Position numbers and translations under genes: made by a program | Notes under the pieces: model-generated | The model's input: the letters and a program-made list of their open reading frames with translations, nothing else | What the model was told of the DNA's origin: nothing | Database searches by the model: none | In this document: piece by piece, positions 34,035-49,747 of the stretch | Layout: every line of letters starts with the position of its first letter | Position numbering within the stretch: the stretch's first letter is position 1 | Assembly: GCF_009914755.1 (NCBI RefSeq) | Contig: NC_060927.1 | Source of the DNA: the human T2T-CHM13v2.0 reference genome, Homo sapiens | Length of the DNA stretch: 64,000 bases | Reading direction: 5' to 3' (one strand)

Positions 34035-35961
34035 CTATGAAAATATGTATGCAGTATACTTATGAAAAATCTATCTTCAAAGAAAAAAACTAATTAAACC
34101 AATGTAATGAGGGTTTAATAATCTAAACATGAATTAAAATTAATCCACATTTCCTACTTGTTCTCATAGAGAATGGTATTAGAACACTACTACTATCTAA
34201 TATTATAGTACATACAGTATCCATTTACTCTCTTTTTACTTAGAATATATGATCCATGAGGACCAGAACTTTGTCTTATTCACCACTGTATCTCACTGCC
34301 TAGAAAAAGTATGGAATATAAGAGGAGGTGAAAAAGCACTGCTGAATAAACAAACGAAACATAGGTGGAACATCCATGTTCTTTTAAAAAATGCATTCTC
34401 CACATACTATTTTTTCCTTCTAGTACATTTAGGTCACCAAAAAACCTATATGAAGAAAATGTAGATCATAAGTGGAAAAAGCAACAGATTTAATAGTCTT
34501 GGTTCAAGCCTTGATAACACCACTAACTAGTTGTATTATTTGAATAAGTCAATCTCTCAGAATTTATTTTCTCATCTGTAAAATAGTATCTGTCACATCT
34601 ACTTTACAGGACTGGTGTAAAAAGCAAATGAAAGATACTGAAGGACTCTGTGAAATGCAAAGTGCTAGCAAATAAGTATGATTATTTTTAGCAATCTTGA
34701 TTAACTATCACTGTGATGTCCTATATGGTAACCAATAGCTACATGAGCTAGTGGTTACCGCTTAACACTTGAAATACGGGTAATGCCACCAAGGAACTAA
34801 ACTTTTAATTTCATTAAATCTTAAATTTAAAAATTGAAGTAGTATAAAATACTTTTCTGTTAAACACAACTTTATTGTTTAGGACTACATTTCACTTTAA
34901 CTATTGTATCACATAAAGTATTACTATTGTAGCCTAGTGTGCACTGGGTACATGCATGATTTCTAGTATTACACATAAACATATCACCAGTCTAGTAAGT
35001 ATCAATGGATTGATTCAGTTCAAATGATTTATTCCCAATGTGTTTATTTTACACATGTGCATATAGTCTGATGATAAAAACAACAACAACAACAAAAAAC
35101 TTCGGACAACACTGGCCTTAAAAAAATGGACAAGCAGAGAAGCTTTTGCCACTGCGAGAGGCCCATGTCCCACCTGTCTTCTTCCTTTGGTCTTGCTGCT
35201 TCAGTTCTACAGGGTCACAGCTCTTCTCCTCTGCTTCCTGTTTATCCTACTTAGGCCTCCAAATCTTGGCCTGGCTTCCCCCGTCTTCTCTTTCATCTTC
35301 TTTACTAATGTAATACTTGTCAATGAATTGTTACATCCTCCTGTTACAGTACTCCTACTTCTTTAGGTGATACCTATATCCTATTTGTAGATCTCAAAAT
35401 CTATCCTGAAATTGCCAGAATCTCACTTTCAAGTTAGTACTTACTCTTAGAAAGGAGACTGAGTTTATAATATAAACTCCACTCAGTCAATGAATCCCGA
35501 AAAACTCCCTCCTTAGGAGAGAGACTCTTTTTATTGCTGCAAATTTTCTCATTTGTAGAATATTATTTATTAATGTATCTCCTATTTTCTTCCTATCCTC
35601 CACTTCCCTCAATAAGACATCCAATCCAAATATCTGACCCAAGGATAATTTGTATAGGCCAAAATACTTTACTTCAGCTAGACAATTGATGAAAAGCTTT
35701 TTAAGTTAAAAAGTGATTCTTTTCCAAGTCACTCATTCCTCAGCCCCAGATTTTCATTACAAATTCATGACAACTAAATTCAATACCACCACTCCAATGG
35801 CCTCAATCCTTTTTATCATCTTTAGTCAGAGAACCCCGTTTGCAGAACTCTACAAGTACCTCTCACATCATATTCTACACAAAAGATTTCCTGATGGATA
35901 TGTTATGTTAAATCTTTTCTACTCTTACTAAAAACCCCAAATCCCCTCTTCATCATCTAGA

Positions 35962-36108
35962 TCAGGGGTCAGCAAACTGCTGTCTGCAGGCTATATTCAG
36001 CAGGCTGTTGGTTTTGTAACTATTTTTATTGGAACACACCTGTGCCAATTCATTTACATATTATCTGTGGCTGATTTTGTGCTACAACAGCCGAGTTGAG
36101 TAGTTGTC
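35962..36108. mobile_element. MER58-like hAT fragment
   Basis: CAGGGGTCAGCAAACT...GAGTTGAGTAGTTG. Confidence 0.6.
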
Positions 36109-37084
36109 CTATCTTTGTAGAATCTCCACCATCTAAACGACAGTTTCATTTGGAAGTCAGAAGGTCCCTGAAGCTACTTGATAAAATGCTGCTTTCTGAA
36201 AAGAACATAAAGCAAGAAGTTGCTTTTTAATTAGTTGCTCTCTTCTTCCCTTCCTTCCTTCTTCTTTTCCTTTTTTTTTTTTTTTTGGAGTCCCCACAGT
36301 ACTACAGATAATCAGCAACCAGCAACCCACAGAGCTCTGCCATTATTCTCTCCAAGATTTTGGAAAGTCACTATTCTTGGGGCAAGAATACTAGAGCATA
36401 CGCTTCATAAAAGTGAAGAATTTATCTGCTTTATTATGGGATCCTAATTACTTAGAACATGGTACAAAATAGGTGCTCAAATAAATATTTGTTAAAAGAA
36501 CTGTTCCATCTATAAATAATAAAAAGATTAGCTACTGTTTTAGTGACCTTACATTAAAGCATTTTAGATTATATCTTAGATATCCTTCAGCTATTTTAGT
36601 TTAGCCAAAGACCATTTATCTCTATGCTTATTTAATCAGGTGATAAGTGTGTTTTAATCTATAAGCTTGATTTTTCACTGACATTTTATCTTTATCTCAC
36701 ATAAATCTGCATACTAATTAGGTTACACTTTGATAGGCAGCCAATCTAATTCTATGCACTTTGCGGATATACTTGGTAACTACCCAGGGGCTAGATCATA
36801 TCAGTAGAAAAAATTATAATACTTCAAGAAAATAAAGGGAAATACCATTTCTGCTATGACCAATACTTTGGTGATAATTAAGTATACATAATTTAACATA
36901 AATACAACAATACATCTTGACTTAAGTTGTAAAATACAGTCTTCAAGTTCTTTATAAAAAAGAACTTCACAGTGACATATTAGGTGGATTTCCATAGTAT
37001 ATTAAAGTTTCAAAAGCTACAGAAACTTCTGGTGTGAATACTGGATTAAAACCTTTAAAAACTGTAATACAGGATTACTCGTAC

Positions 37085-37141
37085 CTTTGTGTATGAATTT
37101 TTCTAATTTTAGATTCATAGTAATCAATTAGACAAAGCAAC
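37085..37141 (-). CDS. CEP70: CEP70 coding exon, 57 bp, phase 2 to 2: LLCLIDYYESKIRKIHTQ(R)
   Basis: Acceptor ttttctag|G; donor AG|gtacga; phase matches both neighbours. Confidence 0.93.
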
Positions 37142-37570
37142 CTAGAAAACAGAATATTGAATTATTTTCAAAATGCGGTATGGTATTACAGCATCTACTA
37201 GTTTCACCACATAATTTCAAATTACAGTGTAAAAGTAAGTACAGATTATCTGGCAGGCTTTAAAAAATTTAAGTGATTCTTACCAAAAAGCAAATACTAT
37301 ACTAAGTCATATGTTATATTAATTTCAAAGTATAGATTTAAAAATAACTATAAACATTATATCTCAACATATTAAATGCATATCCTCCTTGTCCCAACAA
37401 TTCTACCTCTAGCAATATCTCCCACAGAAATAAGTCAAAGGATGCAACTCAATATGAACAAAGTTGTTCACTGCACCATTATTTAAGAGTGAAAAGCCAG
37501 AAATAATTTAACTCTCCATCAGGAGAAAGGTTAAATAAATAATGGCACATCCATACTACAGAAAATAATG

Positions 37571-37880
<310 letters not shown>

Positions 37881-38340
37881 AAATAATGGAGAAGTACAAA
37901 AAATAATGTAACTTTGTATGTCCTTAACAAGGAATGATGATGGAAAAAATTAATGTTGCATAATCAAATGTATATTTTTTACTTTTGTCTAAAAAGAAAA
38001 GAAAAAAGTTAGATGTGAATATGTATATATACTGAAAAAGAACTCTGTGGGTTCTTAACCAGAGAATAATATTGTAAGCTAGCGGGTGTATGAAGGGGCA
38101 ATGTTGCCATATTGACTAGTTGGAGAGGGGGCAGAATGCTAAAAATTCATCGGTGAACAACACAACAATACACAAAGAAGAACTGTCTCACTCAAAATGC
38201 CAACAGCACTCATTTTGAGAAACAGTAGGAAGGACACACACCAAATTGTTAGGAGAGGAGGTTATTTCTGGGATGTGGGGATTAGGAAAGCAAGCAGATT
38301 TGTTACATTTTACCATATACACTTTCATATTGTTTGAATT

Positions 38341-38654
<314 letters not shown>

Positions 38655-38850
38655 TGAATTTTTATAAACATTTATTGCTTTTGTGATTTAAAAAATGAGA
38701 GAAAAACAAAATAATACTATGCTTTCATGTGTTATTCTTTTTAAACGAACAATATACTGTTTCCCTCCTATCTTGGGAAAATATTACCAACCCATCCCCC
38801 TCTTCAGAACTAATTCAGCCAATTGTGCTCTTAATGTCACAACTTTCTAG

Positions 38851-38910
38851 ATTACTCTTTTTCTCTTCAACCCTTCCCCAATTACTCTTTTTCTCTTCAA
38901 GCCTTCCGCA
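38851..38910 (+). repeat. 30-bp tandem duplication
   Basis: ATTACTCTTTTTCTCTTCAA(C/G)CCTTCC(C/G)CA twice. Confidence 0.85.
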
Positions 38911-41750
38911 TCTTAACATATACCAGCTTTCACATTATCCTGAAAATATGCTTTAATCTTTATATCCTGCACAAATCCTCTTGACCTACTTCCCCCTTAT
39001 GCTATGATTCTATTTCTAATATTTTCCTTCATAAAAAAACTTCATTCATTCTGAGTGATTGTAACCAATTATCTTCAATAAAGTTTTAGGGAGGACTTAT
39101 TACATGTTAAGTACTGGGAATTCTGAGCAAATAAAATAGTGGGAAAGTAAACAAGTTAACCAATGAGGAAGCATGCAACACTGCCGATCACCCTCTCCTT
39201 GAAACACTTTTGTTCCTTGGTTATCATGATACCCAAACACAATTCCTCTTCTGCCTCTTCTTTCTCTATATGGACTTTGGAAGTTCTCTGGAGTTTGGCC
39301 CTTTTAACAACAGGCCTGATATGTCTACTTGGATGACTGAAGGCGCCTAAGTATATATCCATAAATGAATTCATCGGTTTCTTCCCCGTTCCTTCAAATG
39401 TAGTTTAAAAACTGGCCATCTTTGACTCCTCCACTCCTTTCAACATCTATAGCCAATTCGTCTGGACAACTCCTATCCATCTTTGCAGTGTCTCTCCCTT
39501 TTTTTTGGTCCTAGTTAAGACCTTCATTAGCCCTCTACTACTACAACCGATTCCTAACTTGTCTTTCTGTCTCTGGGTTTAATCTCCTTGCTCAGGAATC
39601 TTTGGGTATGTTCCCTGCCACACAGAAAGTAGAACTCAAACTCTTCGGCCAATTTAAGTCTCTCAAAGTTACAGCACACTTTCCATATTGTCATATTGTC
39701 TCTTAAGACTCTTCCCAGAATCTCATGTATCCTATGTTCCAGACCTCTTGGACTCTTGACGTCCCAAACACATTCACTTTTCCTGTTATCATATTTCTCT
39801 AATTGAAACATCCTTTCTCTCACCTCTTCCTATTAATATTCTATAGTTCCTAGTAGTCCAGCTAAAAAGATAACTCATTCATGAAGCCTATGTAGTCATT
39901 CTTACCTTTCACTAATTTCTCCCTATGTCACACCCACTTAGTATCCTATCTGCCCCACCTTATAGTACATACCACTATCTGCTTTATATTTTACTTACAT
40001 GCATATGTGTCTATCTACCCAACTAGACTACCAGGTCACTGAATGCAGGAATCATGGCTTTCCTCATCTGTGTGTGCCCTATTACTTAGCCCAGTACCCG
40101 TGTAACTTTTAATAATATCTGTAGTGGCTACAACTCATGTATTTCCAATAGGTTTAATTCACAATTTTTCATTTCAGTGTCTCAAACTGAAAGTTTGCAT
40201 TGACAAAAATCAAACAGTGGAAAATCTCTGGCCCACTGGACAAATTCATACCTGAATTAGCCTGACTTCATCTGGTACATTGCAAGTTCTCTCAGTGCTT
40301 CTCTCACCCTCTTACCCAGTCATCTTAACTGTTTTTTGTTTTTTCATTCTTCCCTTCCAATTTCTCTCTTCTTCTTCCCACTGTAGTTCTCTCTCCCTCA
40401 CCTCTCTCCTTTTTGTTCTTCCTTACCTCTCCTATTTTTCTTACCTAGCCTCCCTTTTCTATTTATTCACACCTCTCACTAACATTTTTATGTTTTTTTA
40501 TGTGTTTGTCGTTACTTTTCCTTCAAGAGGATGAAAATTATATATGTGTATATATGTGCATTATCTCTCAAATAATTATCAAAAAATCTATAGTTTTAAC
40601 TTGTTTTTACTTTATATCTGACCTCATTTATTTTTATAGTAAAATAGAAACATCTAATTATTCAAGATTTCCAGTCCTACTAGGTAAACATATAATACCG
40701 CTTAAAATGCAATCAGTTTAAACTGTTAAGAGAAAAAAAGAAGGTGCTAGTACATAAGAGAGAATATGTATATAATATCCATACTACTTATATTGCTAAA
40801 AATAACTCTAAACATTTAAAATCAATTACCTATAGGGGAGGTAAGGATAGGATAGAATAAAGGGGACAGGAATGAAAACACAACTTCTCTGAATATAAAT
40901 AATGAATAGTTTTGATTTTGCAATTACATAAATGTTTACACATTCAAAAGTAAAAATTTAAAAAGCAATCCCTGAAAATTGAAAAGAAATTGAAACAAAC
41001 CTAACTGCATTATAATTTGGTGACGCAAACACACAGAGAAACAAGTATTTCAAGATATTTTAGAAATATACATCTTGACTGCATACATAGTGGAATATAT
41101 TAATATCAAAGAAAGCTGCCCAGAAATTTAAATTTCATTCAGTAGGCTTATTGTTAGTAATTCTAGTTTTATTATTTTGAAACTATTTTTATGTATTATA
41201 GGATATAGCAAATAATTATAATATTGTTCTTAAGAATGATTTTCAGTAGAAAAGACAACAGTTACAAATGTAAAATCAGAATTTAAATAAAAATACTATC
41301 TTAACTTCAGCTAGGTTAAAAAAAAAAATCAATGATGATTTTTTTTTCCCTCCAAAATATATAGTCCCTGGTTCTTTCCACTAAAAACTCCTAAAATCAA
41401 TAACATAATAAAACTAAGCAACCCCAAAACCCATACAGTGATCTCTCAATAGTATTCTTCACTAAAAGGATCAGTTATTTTGAGAAATGTCTGATTAATT
41501 ATGAATTTATTTAAAAGTTTAGTGTTATTTTTAGTAAATGTTCAATTCCATTCTTCAAAGGACCTCTAGAACAAAAAAAAAAAAAAAAAAAAGAACAGGA
41601 TGAGCAGGGAAAAACAATGCAGAAGAGGAGGAGAGAGAGGCTTTTCTAGTTTATAAGAGTTATAACCACCCCCAAGATAATATCAGGTAAAACAAACAAA
41701 CAAACACAACAATGAATCTAGCTACATATCAATTTATGTAGCAAAATTAC

Positions 41751-41920
41751 TGTCTATCCAAGACGGTATGAGGAACTCTTTTGCACAGATAGGCAAACAC
41801 TCTGTTTTGAGTGACAATGCGATCTTCTTCCTCCTTTTTTAATCTACAGACTTCCATTTGCAAAGAAGCAATAGTTTCTTCTTGCTCCGTTCGTTTTTTC
41901 TTATAATGCTGGCACTTCAC
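41751..41920 (-). CDS. CEP70: CEP70 coding exon, 170 bp, phase 0 to 2: [56 protein letters not shown](Q)
   Basis: Acceptor tatag|GTG at 41920; donor CA|gtaatt at 41751; frame open. Confidence 0.95.
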
Positions 41921-43589
41921 CTATAAGATATTTTTTAAAAACATGATTATGATATGTACATCTAGGACATGCTATCCTAACAATATTGTACACAAAGGCA
42001 TCTTCATAGTTTCTACTGAGCTGTTTCATTCAAGAACTTCAGTATTGAGGCTGTTTTTAAATGAGTATAAGCTCCAGGAACATTAATATATCATAAACCT
42101 GAAAAAATATAAGTCAAATAGCTATAAAATGGGGAAACTACAGTTCATAATTGCATGCATTCAAGACATTTCTTACCAAGTAAAGGAACTCAAGAATTTC
42201 CATAAAACTGGTATAATTTTATGTTTAAGTTTACATTAAAACAATAATCAGGAAAGAATCAATATTAATTGGGGATTGCAAATGGTGTAGTCAACTTAGG
42301 CATTCATGCAATGTGGGTGACTGCAAACTCACAGTAAGTCCATAACCAGGAAATTATCATCAAGAAATAATCAGGGAGAAAGACATCACCAAAATGGCAA
42401 AGTTGAAGCAATCTGGCTTCACTTCCCCCAACAGAAAACCAAAAACCAATATCCAATGCCAAGATTATTACCAGCAATATCCCAGAACTCAAATCTGAGG
42501 ATGGGACAATCCCCGGGACCACAAAGAAGTGAAAAAATTTCAAGCAGATGGTAAGAGAATCGGACTTCTGTAACTGTGATGCCTCTCCCCTAATCTGCAA
42601 GGAATTGCCTGTGGAAAATTTTCCCCAGACTCAGTTTCTACACTGGAAAAAGTGAGATCAAGACCAACTTCCCCACTATCTTGGGTTCCTTGCAGGAGAA
42701 CTGTTCCTGCCTCAACCCACAGAAAGCATCACAAGTGCCTATAGCAAGAAAAACTGAGAGCAACCAAAGACAAAGATGGAAGGTGGGAATAGCAGCAACC
42801 CCAGCCTGCAAAATCTGCTTGGTATCTCAGCCAAAGAAGATGCTAAATCAGAGTGGCTGTTCAGCAGCACCACACTGTAGGAGGTACACTCTACAGGTTC
42901 GCTGGGTATGAAACCCTAGCCAGCTTTTCCACACAGCTGGGGTATCCCATTTGGGATCTCCCCAACCTAGTACCATCAGCACTCTGAATGCTTGCCAGAG
43001 CTGTAGCAAACCTGGACATGAGCCACCATCTAGTACCAAGAAGGAAGCAGTGACCTAGCATAAAGGAAATTCAACAGGTGAATTGTAAAGAACCTCTATG
43101 TAAACATATCCAAGAAAAACCCAAACAAGCCAGACAGTGAAAACTGAAATAACTAATCCTTCAATGAGAAGACATAGATATATGTCCACAAGAAACAACA
43201 GCTAACAAAGAACCATGACCCCCACAGATGGAAAAAGGAGCCAGTGACTGACCCTAACGAGACAGTGTGGTGAGATTCTTCAGATCAAGAATCCTTATTC
43301 TTTTTCTTTTTTTTTAAGTCATCTGGTTCTGGGCCTTTATTTGTTCAGAGGTTTTGATTATTGACATAATCCATTGTTACACATCTACTAAAGTTTTTTA
43401 CTTCTTCTTGAGCCAGTTTTGGCAATTTCTGTGTTGCTAGAAATATGTCCATTTCATCTAGGTTAGCTAATCTGTTGTCATATAATTGTTCAAAGTATAG
43501 TCTTATAATCATTGCTTTAATGGAGGGGTGGAGGTTTAGGGTTTACTTCCTTACAACTTTCAGTGATGTTAAATCTCTTTTATCATTGT

Positions 43590-43950
<361 letters not shown>

Positions 43951-44448
43951 TAATCCCTGTCTGCCCAGGATTCAAAAACTCAGTGAACTCCAATATAACA
44001 CAGGGAATCAATTCAGAAATCTATCAGTGAAATTTTAAAAAGGTATTGAAATAATAACTTTTAAAAAAACAAACAGAAATCCTGGGACTGAGAAATACAT
44101 TCCCTGAACTGAAAAATGCATTAGAGGCTTTTAATAGCAGACTGGATCAAGCAGAGGAAAGAATCAGTGAGCCTGAAGACAGGCTACTTGAATATAAACA
44201 GAGAAGAAAAAAGAAAAAAGAATACCTACAAAATATAGAAAATTACCTCAAAAGAGCAAATCTAAGAATCATTGGCCTTCAAGAAGGAGTTGAGAAAGAG
44301 CAAGGGGTAGAAAACTTATTCAAAGAAATAGTAACAGAAAAGTATCCAAATTTACACAAAGATATAAACATCCATGAACAGGAAGGTCAGAGATCACCAA
44401 ACAGATTCAATTCAAATAAGCCTACCCCAAGGCATATAATAAATTCCC

Positions 44449-45812
44449 ACCTAGGCAATACCATACTGGACATAGGAATGAGTAAAGATTTCATGACAAA
44501 GACACCAAAAGCAATTGCAACAGAAGCAAAAATTGACAAATGAGATCTAATTAAACTTAAGAGCTTCTGCATAGCAAAAGTAACAAAGTAAATAGAAAAC
44601 CTACAGAATGGGAGGAGACATCTGAAACTATGCATCCGACAAAGGTCTAACGGCCAGCATCTATAAGGAACTAAATTTAGAAGAGAAAAACAAATTCATT
44701 AAGAAGTCGGCAAAGGACAAGAATAGACACTTTTCAAAAGAAGATTATACATGCAGCCAACAAGCATATTAAAAAAAAAAGCTTAGGCCAGGCGCGGTGG
44801 CTCATGCCTGTAATCCCAACACTTTGGGAGGCTGAGGCAAGTGGATCACCTGAGGCCAGGAGTTCGAGACCAGCCCGGCCAACATGGTGAAACCCACTCT
44901 CTACTAAAAGTAAATTATTCAGATGTGGTGGCGCATGCCTGTAGTCCCAGCTACTCAGGAGGCTGAAGGAGGGGAATCGCTTGAACCTGGAGGTTGCAGT
45001 GAGCCGAGACCACACCACTGCACTCCAGCCTGGGCAACAGAGCAAGACTATGTAAAAAAAAAAAAAAAAGCTCAATATCACTGATCATTAGAGAAATGCA
45101 AATCAAAACCACAATGAGATACCATCTCACACCAGTCAGAAAGCTATTATTAAAAAGTCAAAAAATAAGGCAAGGCAAGGTTGCAGAGGAAAGGGAACAC
45201 TTATACACTGTTGATGGGAATGTAAATTATTTTAACCATTGTGGAAAGCAGTATGGCAATTCCTCAAAGAGCTAAAAGCAGAACTACCATTTGACCCAGC
45301 AATCTCATTATTGGGTATATACCCAGAGGAATACAAATCATTCTACCATAAAGAAACATGCATGAATGTTCACTGCAGCACTATTCACAACAGCAAAAAC
45401 ATGGAATCAACTGAAATACTCATCAATGGTAGACTGGATAAAGAAAATGTGGTACATATACACCATAGAATACTACATAGCCATAAAAAAGAACAAGATC
45501 ATGTCTTTTGCGAGAACATGGATGGAGCTGAACGGCATTATCCTTAGCAAACTAATGCAGAACAGAAAACCAAATACTACTTGTTCTCACTTATAAGTGG
45601 GAGCTAAATGATGAGAACTTATGAACACAAAGAAGGTAACAACAGACACTGGGGTGGAGGGTGGGAGAAGGAAGAGAAGGAGAAAAGATAACTATTGGGT
45701 ACTGGGCTTAATGCCTGGGTGATGAAATAATCTGTATAACAAACCCCAATGAAACAAGTTTACCTACGTAACAAACCTTCACATTTACCCAAATCTAAAA
45801 GTTTAATAAATA
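44449..45812 (+). mobile_element. 5'-truncated L1PA (older PA subfamily) nested in the L1M ORF1 region; contains Alu 44786-45069
   Basis: ORF2 C-terminal peptides (ORFs 45239..45547 and 45366..45596) followed by an L1 3'UTR. Confidence 0.8.
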
Positions 45813-45980
45813 AGTACATTCTCAAAGTCAAGCACAAAGAGAAGATCCTAAAAGCATCAAGAGAAAAGAAGAAAACAAAATATAAAGGAGCTCTGATTTA
45901 TCTGGCAATAGAATCCTCAGCAGAAAGCATATTGGCCAGGAGGGAGTGAAATAACATATTCAACATGGTGCTGAAAGAAA

Positions 45981-46011
<31 letters not shown>

Positions 46012-46309
46012 CCTGTCAACCAAGAATATTATTCTCAGCAAAGCTATCTTTGAAATACAAAGGAGATAAAGCCTTTACCAGGACAAGCAAACACTTGAAA
46101 GGGACTCATAAGAAATGCTAAAGGGAGTTCTTCACTATGAAAGAGAAGGACACCACATGCAAAAACAAAAAAACATTTGAAGGTATAAAACCCATTGGTA
46201 AAAGTGAATATACAGACAAACGCAGAATACTCTAATAATATAATTGTGGTGTGTAATCCAGTCATATCTCTAGTATGAATACTAAAAGACAAATCTACTT
46301 AAAACAGTA

Positions 46310-48400
46310 GGCTAGGCACAGTGGCTCATGCCTATAATCCCAGCACTTTGGGAGGCAGAGGCAGGCAGATTGCTTGAGCTCAGGAATTTGAGACCAGCCA
46401 GGGCAATATGGCAAAGCCCCATCTCTACCAAAAATACAAAAAGTTAGCTGAGTGTCGTAGCATGCACCTATGATCCCAGCTACTTGAGAGGCTGAGGTGG
46501 GAGCATCACAAGATCCTCAGTGTGTCGCTTCACCAGCCAGAAACCTCTGTGGCCAGTGGTACCTCTGCTTGAGTTTTGCTCACACCTGCTGGGCTTATTC
46601 TGCCCACTCGGCCTGGCAGGCTGCACTCAGCTTGTGCTACCAGCCCAGACCCCATGCCTGCTAAGGGCAAGCCAGGTGCAGAGCAGTGAGGGGTGTGTGA
46701 GTTAGCAAATGTGGGGTCTGGCTATGTGCACAGCCAGGCACACTGGCTGTTGCAGTGAGGCAGGCAGCTCCAGCCACCAGCACAGGCACTGGCTCCATGT
46801 GAGACTGTGGCTGGACCAGATGTACTGCAAGCAGCTTCCGCTGTGGGCACCAATGCCTGGACAAGGGGAATGCAGGGGCGCCTGAAAGCTCAGAGATGCC
46901 AGGAACCACAGAGGCCCAAAGAGGGTGTTAGAGTGTGTCAGAGCCCTGGCTCTGGGAGCCCTGAGGTTTGGGATCCCAGAAGAGTCACAACTCTTCTCTC
47001 CTTGTCACCCGCAGCGCAGCAAGTCGGGGGATGTGTTTCAGGTGGCACATGTTTCAGCCCATTTGTGTTACAGCTGTTTCAGTCCCACCACCCTGCTCTG
47101 GCCAGTGGCTCCTGGGCTGGCCTGGCCCCACAGCTGCTTCCCATTGCATGGCGCAGCCACCAGGTGCCAGTGGAGGGTGGGAGGCCTATGATGTGACAGC
47201 ACCTCTGGCTCAGAAATCCTGAGGTCTGGGCCCCTAGAAAGGTCACCACTCTTCACTCACGCAGTTTGTCTTTGTCACCACGCACAGCCCGGCGAGTCGG
47301 CCAGGAACGTGTTACAGCTCCTTTCACTCCCGCCATTCAGTGAGTCCCAAGTTCTTGTCCTGTGTCCAGGAAGAATGAGGTTACACAGACAACTGGAAGG
47401 TGAGCAAGGTGGGGAGAAGCCTTATTGAGTGACAGAACAACTCTCAGTAGAGAGGAGACCCTAAGTGGGCAGCTCCTATCCACAGTCAGGTAGTCCCAAT
47501 GAGTTGATGAGTCCCTGAGTCTAGCTGAGCCTTGGGTTTTTACGGGCTCAGAAGGGAGGAAGTATGTGCTGACTGGTCCATGGACAGCCATGGGAAGGCC
47601 TGGAAAAAGCATCATCCAATTGGCCAAAAGGCATGAAGGAAGTTCTCACTCCAGGTTGCGGACTCCACCTGGCACTGGCAGCCTGGCCTCCAGGCTTCAG
47701 GCTGTCCTTGGCTTGAAGGTGAGGTTTCACTGAGGACCTGCCCCTTCTGCCTAGGAACCTGTCTACCTCTCACCACCATCAACATGCCATCTGCAGTGCC
47801 CAGGCTGTCTGCACTGCAGGACACTCACAGGCCCATGCCAAGCTGCCCTCAACCTCCCAGCCTCCCTTCTGCGCTCGTCGGCATCCAAAGTCTTGGGGGA
47901 ACCAAGGCAGTAGGGGGCTGGCATGTCAGCACTGCCCCGAGTGTACACACACCTGACTGGGTCATGACAGCACCCGTGCTCAGCCACAACTTCACTCTAC
48001 ACCAGAGTGGGTACTGGGAGTGAAGAGAGGCCAGGCAGTGGGAGCAAGTACTTCCAAGCCTGAGGGGGCAGGGGGCTTTCCAGGCCCATAAGAGCGCAGG
48101 GATGCCCAAGTCCCAAGCTGTGGCTGGGCAGATGCAGCTGTGCCTGGGAGCACAGGGTCCCCACTGGGATCACCTGTTCCTAGCCCCTGACAGCTCCATG
48201 GAGCACGCAGCCCTGCCTGCACCTCCTCCACTGCTGGCTTCCTTACAGCAGCTGCTTCAGATTTGTTGCCACCTCTATCAGGAGGATAGCTTGAGCCTGG
48301 GAAGTGGAGGTTGCAGTGAACTGAGATTGCACCACTGCAATCCAACCTGGGTGACAGAGTGAGACCCTATCTCAAAAAAAAGAAAAAACAAAAACAAAAA
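46310..48400 (+). mobile_element. AluJ split by MER52
   Basis: Halves at 46310-46503 and 48281-48400. Confidence 0.85.
46504..48280 (-). mobile_element. MER52-family ERV1 solo LTR inserted in an Alu
   Basis: GC-rich 1.8-kb LTR; minus strand begins TGATAGAGG; 4-bp TSD GGAG at 46500-46503 and 48281-48284; Alu halves on both sides. Confidence 0.8.
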
Positions 48401-49075
48401 GCTCCCCCTCAAAATAACTACAGCAACTTGTTAAGGTATAGATAATGTAAAAAGATGTAAACTGAGACAACAAAAAGTCATAATATGATGGAGTAAAAGT
48501 GTAGAATGTTTTAGTTTTTCCTTTGTTTGTTTCTATTATTTATGATCAAGGCAAGATATCTATTTAAAGTAACCTGTTGTCCAGGCACAGGCTCATGCCT
48601 GTAATCTCCACACTTTCGGAGGCTAAAGCAGGAGAATTGCTTGAGGCCAGGAGTTCAAGACCAACCTGGCCGACACAGTAAAATCCCCATCTCTTTTAAA
48701 AACTCCTTAACTTAAAAAATAACTTGTTATATCTATAAAATGTTTTTTTGTAAATCTCATGGTAACTACAAAGCAAAAATAAAACAGGTACACTAAAAAA
48801 AAGGCAAAAAATTAAAACAACCAAAAAAGAAGAAAATCACTTGACCACAAAGGAAGACAGTAAAAAAGGAAGAAAACACAATGAGATATCATCTCACTCC
48901 AGTTAGAATGGCTATTACTCAAAAGACAAAAAAAAAAAAGTACTGGTGAGGATATAGAGAAAGAGGAATCCTGGTACACTATAGGTGGGAATGAAAACTA
49001 GTACAACTACTATGGAAAACAGTATGGAGGTTCCTCAAAAAACTAAACCATATGATCCAGCAAACCCACTACAGA

Positions 49076-49150
49076 GTGTGTATGTATGTATGTATGTATG
49101 TATGTATGTGTGTGTGTGTGTATATATATACACACATATTATATATATAA
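49076..49150. repeat. Compound microsatellite (TATG)n(TG)n(TA)n
   Basis: Read directly from the sequence. Confidence 0.9.
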
Positions 49151-49747
49151 ACATATTGAAGAGGTATCTGTACTCTCTTGTTTATTGCAGCACTATTCAC
49201 AACAGCCAAAATATGAATTCAACCTAGGTGTCCATCAATGGATGACTGGAAAAAGAAAATGTGGTATGTGTACACAAATGGAATATTATTCAGCCATAAA
49301 AAGGAATGAAATCCTGTCACATGCAGCTACATGGATGAAAATGGAGGTCATTACGTTAAATGAAATAAGCCAGGCCCTGAAAGACAACTATTGCACATTC
49401 TCACTTAAATGTGGAAACCAAAAAAGCAGATCTCAGAAAGAGAGAGCAAAACAGTGGTTAACAGAGGCTACAAAAAGTAGGAGGGAAGGGGGAAATGAAG
49501 AGAGGTTGATTAATGGGTACAACAATACAGATACATAGAAGGAATAAGATGTAGTATATGATAGCACAGTAGGTTGACTATATTAACAATAATCTATTAT
49601 ATATTTCAAAATAGCTGGAAGAGAAGAATTCTAATGTCTCCAACATAAAAAAATATAAATATTTGAGGTGATGGATATCTCATTTACCTTGATTTGATAA
49701 TTACACATTATATGAATATGTCAAAATATCTCATGTAGCATGAAAAT

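Noticed and set aside
41573-41592. Solitary poly(A) as a possible tail-only insertion
   Set aside because: The flanking AGAAC repeat is too short to call a TSD; slippage explains it equally well.
46520-48362. Cluster of 60-129 aa ORFs in GC-rich sequence resembling a gene or CpG island
   Set aside because: All lie within the MER52 LTR, which is CpG-depleted; no recognisable protein.
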